A program made the translations under genes and the position numbers. A DNA stretch of 64,000 bases from Podarcis tiliguerta. Lineage: Eukaryota. Where the stretch lies: NCBI GenBank assembly GCA_965153285.1, contig OZ229110.1. One strand, written 5' to 3'. Below, piece after piece: positions 27,501 to 41,300 of the stretch. Below the pieces are notes generated by a model. It had not been told where the DNA came from, ran no database searches, and worked only from the letters and a program-made list of their open reading frames with translations. The first letter of the stretch is position 1, and each line of letters begins with the position of its first letter.

Positions 27501-30500
27501 TTTAAAAAACAACAACAAACAATTTTTTTGTAGTGCTGTAAGTGGTCTGTGCATGCATTTCTGTGCATTCATTACACAGAATTTCTGACTGCTTTATCAT
27601 TTTATTACCTCTCAGAATATTTGTTTTTTGCCATATGTCTCTTGTACGGAAGCAGAAAAGGTGAAAGGCACACTGTGTAGAAATGCTACAATTAATTGAA
27701 TAAAGTTCTGCTACTGAAAGTAGAGATGTGTTCACGCCATTTGGGACAGGGTTCTCGCCCTACAGACCAGCATTATTTCATGCATCTCTTCTACAATATG
27801 GACCAGAAAGGCTATTCCAGAACTCTAGAAATGGCTGTAGAAAGATGGAAGGCACGTTTCTCATCACATAGAAAAGCATTACAAAGGCTCGCTGTGGGTC
27901 TATAGAGTTCAGTTTCTTAATGTTTCTGTTCAAAACCTACTGTTTTTATATCTACTCACCTTATTTTTCTAGTTTGTATTCCTTCACCACAGTGCAGGGA
28001 GTTTAGCTCGCTGTTGATTTCGCAAGGAGACCATGGTTCTGCTATCCAGGAATACTGATTGCATTCACTGTAACATGGGACTGCCTCATACACCTTCCAG
28101 GGAAAACATGCAAAATTATACATAATCAATCATCCAAGTGAACAGCTCTGCAGAAATACTTTGGTAAAACAACATTTTTTTCCAAAAAAGCAAAAATCAA
28201 AGCACACACACATATCACTAAGGAACATGCTGGATTTCATCCACTGTTCTGAGAGTACTGTAGTGTTTAAATTCATTGATTCATTACGGACTTGCTAAAA
28301 GATGTGCAGAAAATGTAATATGTATGCAGCTACACAAGAATTCCATTACAATGTCATTTCCTCCAATAGCTCACATAACATCTATCAAATCCTCCCTCCT
28401 AAAATTATACAACACATTGTATTTTTTTCTAAAACCATGCATATTTTTCTAAAACTTACTTATGGCAAAAAAAATCTTCTATTTTGTGTGCTCCTAAGGC
28501 TAAAGCAAAGGAAATAACCTTTATGGGGAAAATGTATTTAACAGACATATAAAAAGCCATTGTTGGTGGTGGTGGTGATGATAGTTCCTTACATTTAATA
28601 AGTCTCAAGGGCACACAATTGTGCTTTCACTTCAACTATATTTTCCAATGTATGAAATAAAGAATGCAGCAGAAACCGTCAGTTCACAGCCCATTTGTCT
28701 CAAAAACATATTTAAAATTGCATCATTCTGCTTGAAAATCATGAATGTGTAAAGTTGTATTCTCTAGGAAGGATTTAAAAAATTCAGACTATTTATTTAA
28801 CTTATATTGAATATCAGAATGTGGATAATAAATTAAGGCTGCCTGCTTGCTTAAAGCTGAGCTCCAGAGACCATCCTCTGTCGCTCAATGTAAAGCATGT
28901 ACTGTGCGAAGAGAACATAATTTTAAGACAACTATGTTATTGGACAAATAACTGGAAATGTTTAAAATTATGAGGTCTGCTGGGTTATTGCTTTACCAAA
29001 TATTGAACAGCCTGAGTTTTCTCAGCTTGTAGCTTTTTTTTGATGTGGCATGCTTTGGTTTGGATTTTTTGTATTAGTCTCTATGGGCTTGCCAACACAT
29101 GTGACACAAAGTGGGGTGGACGAATGTTGAAGTAGCAGAACAGACGGCACTACGTACTTGAGGATACAGTGAGGGCAGGGTTAGCCAATGTGGTGCACTT
29201 CAGATGTTACAGCTCCCTTCAGCCCCAGCCACAACAGCTAGTGGTCAGGGATGGTGGGAGTCGCAACCCAGCAACTTCTAGAAGACACCACATTAGCTAT
29301 CCGTGAGGTAGGGGGTTACATTTTTGGAATGCTCTTCCACATAAATATTCCCCACAGAAACAAAGTGAAACCAGTGCATCAGAAGAAGAGATTCCATCTT
29401 AGCCTGCATGTGACAGTACCAGTTTTCTATTTGCTGAGAGAGTTCCCCCCCCCCCTAGAGAAGCATTCAAAATGTGGTCCTTCATCTGCACTCTGAAATC
29501 ATACCATCCATTCTACCAGCATAGGCCTCTACACTTCATTCTGTGGAGTTAGAAAAAGGTAAGAGGCTCCTAAAGAGGAAGGCCCGTTAGACTGAATAAT
29601 TCTAACCCTAATTCTTTCCAGCTCCATCATTCTGTGAAAATCTCATTGCAAGGACTGGGGATTTTCATGCACACAAACACAGAGCACAGATAACTAGTTT
29701 GTTTGTTACTAAATCCATGATAATTTACCAGCAGAACACCTCTGGCTAATATTTTGAGAGTATGTATGAGGGGAAAGGAATTGGTATAATATTTACTCCT
29801 TCATCAATTTAACTGGAACTATGGCCATCTTGGTAGTGCTAAGGAAGTTAGTATTCTTCTTCAGTCTCCTTACACCCCTTATGCCAATGTGGCAACCCCT
29901 TCCACATTGGCTAGACAGAAGTTGGAACACGCTAATCCCAGATCGCATGCAGACAGGGATATACTGAAACAGATGTCGGAGATCCTATTTAGCATTTCAC
30001 AGATGAAAAATTAACACTTCACTTTGCATCACTTAGTGTGCTTTGCCACTTTCAGTATGGCATACCATTGAAGGCTCTAACATACATTGCTTATATGCTG
30101 TATTTGTTTACTGTGCAATAGAAGAGTGATTCTTTCTTTGGATAAATATATAATATAAAAGAAAAACATAGCTGTCCCTATACCTTAACCTGAGTCAGAC
30201 CATTGGTTCATATAGCTCCCTGTTAAATATAAGGTAATCAAAAGCTACTAGTCAAGGCAGCTACATTCTACCTCCTCTGTTGGAGAATGTACGCCTTGAG
30301 ATACCAGTTGATGGGAATCACAAATGAGGAGAGTAATATAATACTCAGGCCCTGCTTGTGGGCTTTCCTTAGGCACCCAGTTGACCATTGTGAGAAAAGG
30401 ATGCTGGTATACTGTGGGTGGGTCTTTGGCCTGATTCAGCAGAGCCTTTATTATGTTTTTTATACTGGTTGAAAGCAACTTTCTAGGCCTAGGGTTTCAG

Positions 30501-32209
30501 GCAGTGAACCTTTCCCAGCCCTACCTGGAGATTTTGGGTTTTGAAGCTGGGTCTTTCAGCATGGCTCTTCTGAGGTGAGATGTATATCTCAGCAACTGCT
30601 ATAGACAAGAAGGGATATTGTGCACGGCATGGTCTTTAGTGTTCACACACATACATTTATCAATATGTTTTCCAGAAAAGGTGCATCCACCCACTTTTAC
30701 AGAGAATTATCTGGGAGAGGGACCATTAGACTCTCTGGGCCGTGGGTTCAAGCCCCACGTTGGGTGAAAAATTCCTGTATTGCAGTAGGTTAGAGTACCA
30801 ACTCTACAATTCTATGGACACTTGGAGGATATGACAGGATGGAAGACTATTAGCCTTTGGCTGTCTGTCATAGGAGTGCCTCTGAGTCAATTCTTGTCTG
30901 TGTTTGAATGAATGAATCTTTATTTGCGTCAGCCATCGGCCATAGCAATAAAACAACAATACAATATACAAAGAATAGAAAATATTTGGAAGTTTTTATT
31001 CTTCCTTGAGGAGAGCAAGGGATGCAGAGATGCTTGTCCCTATGTGTGAGGGCAAAGTCACAGAATACATGGTATTGTTTTCCACAAAAGATTTCTTTCA
31101 TCACAAAAAACAAATGTTGTTTTTTGATTGAGCAGCAAAGTGGGAGGATGGTGTGTGTGTGTCTGTGTGTGTGTGTGTGTGTTTTCACCTGAATAATTTC
31201 TTGGTAGTTGTTTGCTCAGAAACCCTCCTTCCAAATCTGTTTTTCTCTCCAAGATGAAAAAAAGGGGGGGGCATTTTTTCAACTGCAACTGCCTTTTATT
31301 ACGAAAGGAAGCTCCTGGAGAAAACAATGCACCAAAGTATTTCATGTAATGGTGCTCTTCTATGCTAAGGGTATCTGTGTTGGGAGGGGGAGTGAATCAC
31401 ACACGCATTGGTTTCCACAGGTTAAAACATGCTCGCTGGAGTGCATTAAATGGGTCATCTAAAAGTGATCTTGCTTCTGAACTCAGTATTTTCCACAGTG
31501 CATACAGGGAAATAAGATTTAGATGGAAAGAATCGGGTGAAATTTAAAATGAGATGGCATCTGGAAGATAGAATTGGAGAGGGAGAAAAGAAGAATTAAC
31601 TAATAATGTGAGATTCAGAGTTTTATTGTACCAATAAAACTGAAATGAAGGAGAATAAATGCAAAGCGGCCAATTGTCCTTTAACAGTTAGAGCTATGGA
31701 GTCAAAATTATTCGAGCTTGTGAACATGATGCTTTTCCTTACTCTAAATTATTTAGTTCTAAATATTTCAAGGGAAACATGGTGTTAGGTGTTCCTTCTT
31801 CCCACTTGCTGATTTACTCATTCAAGTCTTCCTCCCCACTAACACCGCCCCCCCCGCCCCCCATCCAACTGTTGTGGGGCAAATGTGGGGTTGAAAATCC
31901 AGGTTTGCCAAGAAGGCTTATTTCCATACAAAGTTAGAAGCAGTCTTCTTTGGCCTTCCAGACGGTATCCTGATCCTTATCACTGTGGCTTATAGGAGAA
32001 CACCAAAGGAGTAAAAGTGCAGCTGAACATATTTGGGAAGCAAGTGTGGTGAACTGGTTAAGAATGTGAGCTGTAATTTCTGTGGTGGTTCCCTGCTTGT
32101 GGAGTGCTCTCCTCAGGGAGGCTCACTTGGCACCTTCATTGCATATTTTTAGGTGCCAGGCCTCTTTTCCTAGGGGTCTGGCTAATTAAGCAAACTTTGG
32201 AACTATAAA

Positions 32210-32248
<39 letters not shown>

Positions 32249-35200
32249 CAATTGTTTGTTACTGTGTTATGTATTTTTGTGATTTTATATTGTAATCCAC
32301 CCTGTGGTCCTCAGATGAAGGGTGATATAGAAATTTAATAAATAATAAATAATAATAAATCAGGCCCTGATCAATCAAATATAACAATGGGGATCACCAC
32401 ATAGACTTAGGTGAGACACCATTTGTCATCCTCAAATCTACAACACTGCAACCATAACAAGGATTTTGAAAGGATTACTGAGATACTGTATGTGAAGCAC
32501 TTGGAACACTAATAAGAAAACACTACGAAGATGTTAAGTATCCTTGAAGCAATAATTGCATACTGCATTCTCTCAGAACACACAGGGTTCCCCCCCCCCC
32601 CAAGATATGCCCCCAAAACTTGCAACTATTGAGCCAATGGCCAAATCGTTCTAGAAACCTTCTGGAGACTTTTTGGAGCTGGTGGCAAAAGCGATTAAGG
32701 TAAAGGTAACATACTGAGCATCATCAGCGCCTGCCACTGAAGTCATTATGATATTGCTTATCGTCCGAGGTCAGGCAGCTGATGGCTGGATAAATGGTAT
32801 CCAATTATGGAATGCTTTTCCCAGGGCTGCTCACCTGGCATGCTTTCTGTTAAGTTTTAGGCACCAAGTTAACACTTTTTTTTTTTAATGCCCTGACTTT
32901 CAATTGAGCATTTTTAGTGCTATTTTAGTGTCTGCAGTGCTAAGATTTTTACATAAGAAACCTACAAGATATATTCAGTGGAAGCAAGTTATGAGACGTA
33001 CAGAAGCAGCCAGATGGAAATTCAGTTAAGTAGTATTTTTATAAACTGGGCCAGATCCCAGAGTTCATACTCATTCTGATCCTCTAGGGACACATCTGCA
33101 TTGCAGTTTCCCGTGCCCATAGCTCAGTGCTTTAGCACTAAATCTGATGAGTGGGAAGTGAAGAACGCAGGCTCCGGTGAGTTGCAGAGGCTAGGTGTCC
33201 ATTAGGTAACCTATCAAATATGGCCAAGCAGATGCACCACTAGGCTGCTCGATTTGTACATATTTCATTTATAACCCAGTCAGTACTTTTACAGCACATC
33301 ATTAATACTAAGACCTAGATGATAATCCCTTGGGCTGGAAGTACATTTACATTAGTAGATGTGGTGTCTTTCCGACTGCCTGGAAACGTATTTTTACACA
33401 ACCACAGCTCATTCCTGTTTGTGTCTTCTTCTGTTGCCAAGGTGAGAAAAGGAGATACAGATCAGACACAAAATCTGGAAAGGTTTTATCAGCTAAGCAC
33501 TGCACTGACAAGAGCATCCTTCTCCTGAGCTATCTGTCTGTATCATGGGAAAGAACCAGGGCTTTTGTTCAGCCGGAACTCAGTGGATCTCAGTTAAGGC
33601 ACCTCTCTGGTGGGCGCCATTGCCATTATAAGAGAACAAGTTCATGGTGAGTTCTGGCACCTCTTTTTCTAGAAAAATAGCACTGGAAAGAACTAAATCT
33701 CTTTCTGGATGGAAAGGTTCACATTATCCCTGTTAAGTATTTTCTGTGACTGAAGTTTATTCCCATCACAGTTCAGTTTCCCCCCGGTTTAAGGTGTTAC
33801 AGCTGCTTGTTGTTGTAAATGCTGATTTCTCTGCCGCCTGTCTTAGAGTCAGCAAGCTCAGGTCAGCAAGCTCTTGCAGACATTCTTTGCTTTTCTAAGT
33901 CCCCTTTTTTGGTTTTCCTTCTCAGGTTCTTCTACCATCACCGTTAAGGTCCTAGTCCAGCTCTCTGACTACTACACCACACTGCCTATTTCTTTCTCTG
34001 TGTAATCTAAAACAGAGTTCATGTCCTGCTGAACTCTCACCTGCACCAGAGCAGCTGCCTTCATGGGGCTCCTCTTCAATTCAGTAACTCCAGAACGACC
34101 AGGGAACTTATCTGTTCTCTCTTATTCATGCTCACCTACCCACCCTCTCTCTCATACACACTCACAAATTTTCCTTCTGCAGTTTCAATGCCTACTTATT
34201 ACCACTGTGATCTCCGCCCACTCTTTCACCCCATTTTATTGAGCAAGCAGTTGTTTCAGACTAAGTTATGAGGACACTTTGGTCTGGGAAACCTTTGAAA
34301 AAGGTCCCAGGTCTCTCACACACATATTTATATTTTTAGCTCCCAGCTAAATGAAATTACAGTGCTAAACAGTGCAGAAATAAGGAAGGACACCCACCCC
34401 ACCCCCAATGAAAATTCACCACTACCGCTCAAGTAAGGGCACTACTTAGGAACATTATCAATTGAAGTCAATTGAGCAATTTACATCGCTAAGCTATAAA
34501 ACACTGATTATGAGATGCAGTTTGAGGATCTGTCTGTAATTTTGTATCATCTGATAAGAAATTGATGATAGTCATCAATCTTCAAGTTCCTTCTCCCATC
34601 TTCACTCCTGCCACCACAAGCAGGATCCAAAAGTACTGGACTGCTTTTGCCTGCAACCATGGACACTGTTTAGCACGTATCAGTCAGCATGGTCAATGCC
34701 AGACCCTCAAAGGATTTAGGAATGTTGGCTATTTGTTTCGAGGGAAAACCTTCCCCCCACACCATGGCCCCACATAGCATAATGCAATATAGCTGGAGGT
34801 TCAACCAGCTATATCTTCCTGAAAACAAAATAAACCTGAATGCGGATGGAATAGCTTTCTGACTGACAAAGTAAAGGGCTCTGATTTTCAGGCTTGGCAT
34901 AGTAGCACTGGAAGGTAGCCTGAACAAAGTGAATTCTAAGACAGAACAATGCAGAATGGCAAGCACTGCAGTCAAAATATGTTCCTTCCACCCTAAACTG
35001 TTACACTGTTATTTATCTGTTCAGCTATATAGTTCTTACTACACACTATCAAGTGGTAGTGTTATGTTAAGAAGATGATAACAGAAGAATAACTTAGCAG
35101 CTTGTACAGAACAAAATGTCAATGTGAAACAGAAATAGAAAGGTAAAATCAAATGCTCTTTGACACTTTTGCTGAATCCTGATTAAAACCTCTGTGTGAG

Positions 35201-38200
35201 GAAATTAGTAGAGCAAGCAACAGATCAATGTTCAAAGGTATTTACAATGTTCATGAGTATGCTTTGAAAGCTACAGTTGTTAGTTGCAACATACACTTAA
35301 TGGCTGCCAAAACTGGTTCACACAAGAAAATGTTTGCTCAATGGTGCAACTAAATGCGGCGCTTGAGACACAGCTATCACACCGTGAAATCAGCACACGC
35401 CACAGGAATAATAGAGATTTTGTAAAGAACAGGACCTTAAGGAAGGGCCCCTCCAGATGTCCCTTTTCACTGCACATTCATGACGATTCATGCTAATGAA
35501 GCTATTGGGGCAGTCATATGTCATCTCAGATTCAATACTGTTTCACACAGCTTTATTTACTGTTTGCATCTGCTAGAACGGCCTGCTGAAAGCCCACAAC
35601 TTACACTACTACTAATGTCCTGATTTAGTTTTGCTTGGCTTTAGTTGTGCTATAAGCCCTCTAGACAGCAACACAGTGGTAGCATTGGAGAAGCATTGCA
35701 GAGCAAATTAATGCAGAAAATATCCACCAGTGATGTGTCAAAAACATAAAGCACCATTCTGGAAGGGCCCTAAATAAGGCTAGAACCCACCAGGAAATTT
35801 CAGCTCAGTATCAATTTTCATATCTATGTTCTGGAGAAGATGGAATGTTTTAGCTAGGGGATCAGCCATTGCAGAACGTAAGAAGTTCCTAACTTAAATA
35901 CAAATTGCACAATAGTGTCTTCATATGGTTACTTGCACCTGCATACAAGTATCATTCTGATTAAGAATCATCATGTGCTGATTAAGATGGGTGAATATGG
36001 GCATTACAGGGAAGTTCGAAAATTACTGAATCTCAAAGTTCTAGATAAGTACTTTGATAGAGGGGAACCTACTCAGCTGTGTGAGCTGAGAGGTTTTTGA
36101 GGATTTCCGCCTTAGAAAGATCATGCTCAGAATAGTTGGTGCTTATGACTAATTAAGGCTAGTTGGAGCAGATGAGTATTAGCTGCAAACCTTAAGAGCC
36201 TTCTGGTTATGCTCTTTAAGATGGAGGTTGGGGTTTAAACTGATACCTGAAAGCTAGCAGGACCCCCAACCCCATGCAAACCAACTCTAAAGATTTGCAT
36301 ATTTGTTTTTATGTCAGTGCACACACATATTTGCCATCCAGAAATGAAAGGATTGATCAATTACAGTTCTCCAGGTTTCTCATTTTTCCAACCTTAAATT
36401 CAGTTCTCGGCGTTTCTGCAAGAATTTGCAATTAAAAAAAAAAATCTCATGAAAATTCTTCAACACTTTGGTGCAAATTTCTCCCAATAAAACCATTTTT
36501 TAATGTAGTTTTGACTAATGTGCACATTTTTACAAGCATTTCATCCTGATATAATGCATTATGTACTTTATTTTCATGATCTGGGATAGCTCAGTTGGTA
36601 GAGCATGATTCTCTTAATCTCAGGGTCATGGGTTCAAGAAAAGATTCCAGCATAGCAGAGGGTTGGACTAGATGACCCTCATGGACAGTTTTATGATTTT
36701 ATGAATATATTCATTTTTATGCGCACTTTCCTCTGATATATGTGTCTTCGTAAGCATCATTTGGTTGGACAGCCACATCACAAAATTCAGATAAGTGTGA
36801 ATGCTGAAGAATGGCTGGTTTGGGTTCTCATATTGTTTCAGAAAGTGTGAATTTGATATATTTGGCTTTAAATGCAAACCAAATTGAATTTCTCCTATTG
36901 CCATCTGTAAGTTAACATTGTGAGGTTTGTATGGACCCTTGCTACTCTGTTCTATGGTGGCCATTTCAATCATCTATAAATTTATATGTGCATGTGCTTA
37001 CACAATTAACACTAAAGCTATTTGAAAAGTTTCTGCCACTTAACAGGTTGGTTATCAGTAAGCTTCTGACTGAAGTTGAATAAGGAGTCTGTGATCCTCT
37101 GACCTGTTTCTTCCTTGAATCTAAGTTATTTTACCCAGACACCATCCCAGCATTCCAAGTATTAGATGCTTTCAGCTCTCATCAGTTGGAATTGGTGTTG
37201 CTCAGCACTTCTGAAAATCACACAATGGCTCAATATACCAGTGACTATCAGGACTTATTGTCCCTTGAGTAAAATATTGACTCCAATTTCCCCTCAGCAA
37301 ATACCTCAGTCTCCAAGTCAGTAAATCTTGATATCCCCCTCAAGAAAAGTCAATATCTTCTTATTATATTAGAAGTAACCGATGACTGAATCAGATGGTT
37401 AGCAATGGAACACTGAAGAAAGCTTTTAGACCATTCCTTTCAAAATGGGGATGAATTTAATACTTGACCATTCCTTCCAAGATGATTGTGGCCATATGTG
37501 TTAAAGTACGAGGAGAAAAGAAATATAGAGACTAAAGGGAAACCCCACTATAAAATACAGCCAGTGCTAAATAATCAAGTTCTTTAGAAGAGCTGGCTGA
37601 CACGCTTTGATTTACTGAAGCACTAGGTCGGGTGGCAAGAAAGTTTAGATATTAAACGCTACTACCAAGACTCTCCAACTGAGGTTTTCACTTTGTAGGA
37701 TTTGTTATATCCACTTTACTCTTTTCCCCAAGTGTTCAGAGTTCACAATCAGGCAGCTGTTAGCATGAAGTGATTCTGTAATGTCTCTCTTCTTTTGTTA
37801 CACCAGGGTCCATGTGGAGCTCAGGTGATTTTTTAAAAGAATCTGAACTTGGGTCAGCACAGCTCTCACAATCAAACTCGTACAGCTCAGGCTGCACGGA
37901 AATAATAGAGACAGCTGTTTTGATATTTCATGACTTGGGCAGGTGCTGGCTCCCCTTTAGCAAGGAGGGGAGAAGCAACCTATAAAAATGAAATCCACTC
38001 ATGACTGCAAGGCCACTTCTGTAAAGACTTAGCCAGTGATCGTGTACAAGTCAGTTGCCAAGCCTTTGAGGGTGCTACTTCCCCCTAGATCAGTGGTGGC
38101 CAAACTTGGCCCTACAGCTGTTTTGGGACTACAATTCCCATCATCCCTGGCCACTGGTCCTGTTAGATAGGGTGAAGGGAGTTGTAGTCCAAAAACAGCT

Positions 38201-38318
38201 GGAGGGCCAAGTTTGGCCACCACTGCCCTAGATCATATCCTTTTAAATAGCTAGATGGCAATGTAGAAAACTTTCTTTCCTAACTAGCACACATCCTGCA
38301 TTATATATCTATATATAA

Positions 38319-38388
<70 letters not shown>

Positions 38389-41300
38389 ATATCAATCAGT
38401 ACAAGCAAACCATGCAATCCAAACACAATGGAAAAATGGAAAAGGGCTGCCAATTTTGTCAGGCACTCCAATACATTTCAAACAATTTCCACTCAGTTTC
38501 AAACCTATTAATACACTCCAGGCTTACACTAATCCAAATAAAACTTGTTAATTGTATTTTCATTTATTTTCAGTTTCTGTTCTTGCAGAATGTCTTTGGC
38601 TTAATTCACCAAAGCATCACATCCAGAACAAATCCTTAGATTGCAATCCTCTGCATACCTAACTGGGAATAAATTCCATTGAACTCAATCTGGTTTACAT
38701 GTGAGTTATCAAATGTATAATCAACAGAAAAGCCCCCCCCCCTGCAATATAATACAGGGTTTGGCTTCTTTCATGCACTTTCATGAAGCTGAGCTCAGAT
38801 AACCGCAGCATCCCTCCTTGTCAGAAATGACATGGTTTTTAAGCTGACTCTCCCCATCCCTCTCCCCATCTCTCACTCTCCCCATCCCTTATTATCCTTG
38901 TAAAGTTACCAGTCCACATTATGCATTCTTGTTTGGAAGGATTTGCTGTGCCTAATGCATTAGTCACCAAGCTAACAGCAAAGGAGTCAATGATCAGACA
39001 CACTTCCCACTCACAAACCTACCTATCTTTTTATAAGATGTACCACAACTGTACATTAAAATGTACCTCATTTCAGAGCATCTCCGTTTCATCAAACTTA
39101 CATCTTTGGTTTCCTAAAGCTCCCATTTTGGGCAGTTTATCATTATGAAAGTGCTAGGTGAAGCATTTACAAAGGCTGTTTCACCTGGGCTGGCTCCAAG
39201 CATATTGTGTGAACAGATGTCAGCACAAGTAACTGGGAATAAAGCTCTCTGCAAAACATTTCCACAAAGTCCTACACACTTTCAGGTCTTGAAAACCTTA
39301 AAGAAAGTTGCAGCTCTCTGTACAGAGTTTTGCTTTATTTCCCTGTCTGAACATCTCACCATTTCTCTAATTTCAAAGAGTTTTGCTCTTGTTTATTCCC
39401 CAGCTGAGGGCCTGACCAGCCATAACTTTCCTGCCTAGAAAGTCAACACATTACAGAGGGGGTCAGTGTTAGGTTCACACAAACTATCTCCCAACCCTCC
39501 TCCCTATGCATAAAGGAGGGGGAGTAGTGACATATCAAGTTTATCTGTATCTCATGATCACCAGGATCCAAGATTCATTCCCCCCCTCCACCCAGACTAT
39601 CTGATGCATACATTTGCCTACACCTCAAGATGGATTAGGCTGCCAATCAACTTGAATCATGCCCATGTTTACCCTTCCATACATTACAGGCTAGAGCCCT
39701 AGATAACTTTATGAATATTGCATTTAGATACTTCAAATTTAGGAGATATAATGTATATCCACCAATGAGGGTTATAATGAATTCATGTTCTCTAAGAGGG
39801 TGACAGGCTAGCATTGACTAGATGGTGAGAGATGCTGAAATCAAAAGATTAATAATTCTTAGGGGCTTTTTTGTAGGGGTGGGTTGGTTAGATGTTTTCT
39901 AACTTTCTCATGACTACTTATGGTTCCCCAAACCACACAATCCTGGGGAAACTCACCTTCCCCACAAAACATTTTTGCAGCTGGAAACATGCATGATTAA
40001 TGTGTGTGTGTGTGTTTTAAAAAATCTCTTTTCACAGCTCAGTAGGTACAAAACACAGAAAGGCACTCAGAAGTATTAATAAGGTCTGTTAAGTTTCTGT
40101 AACTGAATCATCAAACATTTAGGTAGGTAGGAGAAACCCTTACAAATTGCTATAGAAGAGAAGTTTATTCTAACTTGTAAGTCCAAAAGCAGAGACCAAA
40201 CACTAAAGAACCCTATTGTATGAGGCTGCTTGCCAGTCATCTATCTAGCCTAGTACCGTTTACTGTGGCAGTGAATTCTGAGCTCAGAGACAGGTGGAGG
40301 CCCTTCTCAGAACGCAGAGCCAAGATGTTTAAATGAGAAACATTGGAGATTGAATCTGAGACTTTCTGCATGCAAGGAAGTTGCTGTCCCTTGGAGCTTG
40401 ATCTCCTTCCTTATCCTTTCGGGACAAGTGTCCTTGGGCAAGTCACAGTCACAATTTCCCTTTGTAAAATGGCTTGAAGATGCTATAGAAATAATTACAT
40501 TAAATGAACTCTTATAGTTCTGCTTTTCTTGTTTTCTCTTCCAGCTCATCTGATTTTCTAAATTCTCTTAAGCGACTTGTCTCTAGATATGGTCCAATGG
40601 GCTGTTAAATATTCAGCGATAGGTACCTCTGTTCAAATTGGGAGGTGCAACAAAAAGAAAATGATTTCTTAAAAACATCAAAACACACTGAAACGAGCTC
40701 TCTCTCAGTCCCGCCATTCCACTCCAAAGTGAAACCTTTGTGACTACAATTCATTCATATTTATAATACTAAACGGTTTTATTTCCTGTAACTCTCATGG
40801 TTGGTTTTTTTTTTTTTTTAATCATCTGCTTACAATGTGTTAAAGCACTGGCATCCTTCCACAGAGTTTAAAATGAGCTGGTGTAATTAAATGTGAAAAT
40901 ATGGGATAAAATATTCTCTGAGTGATTGTTCATTTCAATAAACTCCAGGTCTCTAATTAGTAGCAGCAGGAGTTATGAGACCCTAAAGCTTTGTGTGAAC
41001 AACAGGCTCCCAGCCTGTAAACCACACTGCTGCTCCAATCTGGTGCAGTGCTAAATGTTTTCAAAGGGTAAATGGTATGAGTGTGTGCGTGTGGGGAGAA
41101 AATATGCCTCCCATTAAAGTGCTAGAAAGTAAGCAGCTCACTTCTCGCTGCCACTGAGCAACAATGTTATAGCTGCTGGCACCTTTCTTCCTACTCGGAA
41201 GGCAAGAGACACAACCTTTTCCATCACACTCCGTTCCGAGCTTCACTTTCAACACAGCAGAATCTTCCTGAAGAATTCCCTTGGAGACCACACTGCAGAC

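Noticed and set aside
36583-36660. tRNA-Lys-like sequence (also 59411-59480)
   Set aside because: Acceptor and T stems are broken and the sequence runs into a CR1-like tail shared by several copies. These are SINE heads, not tRNA genes.
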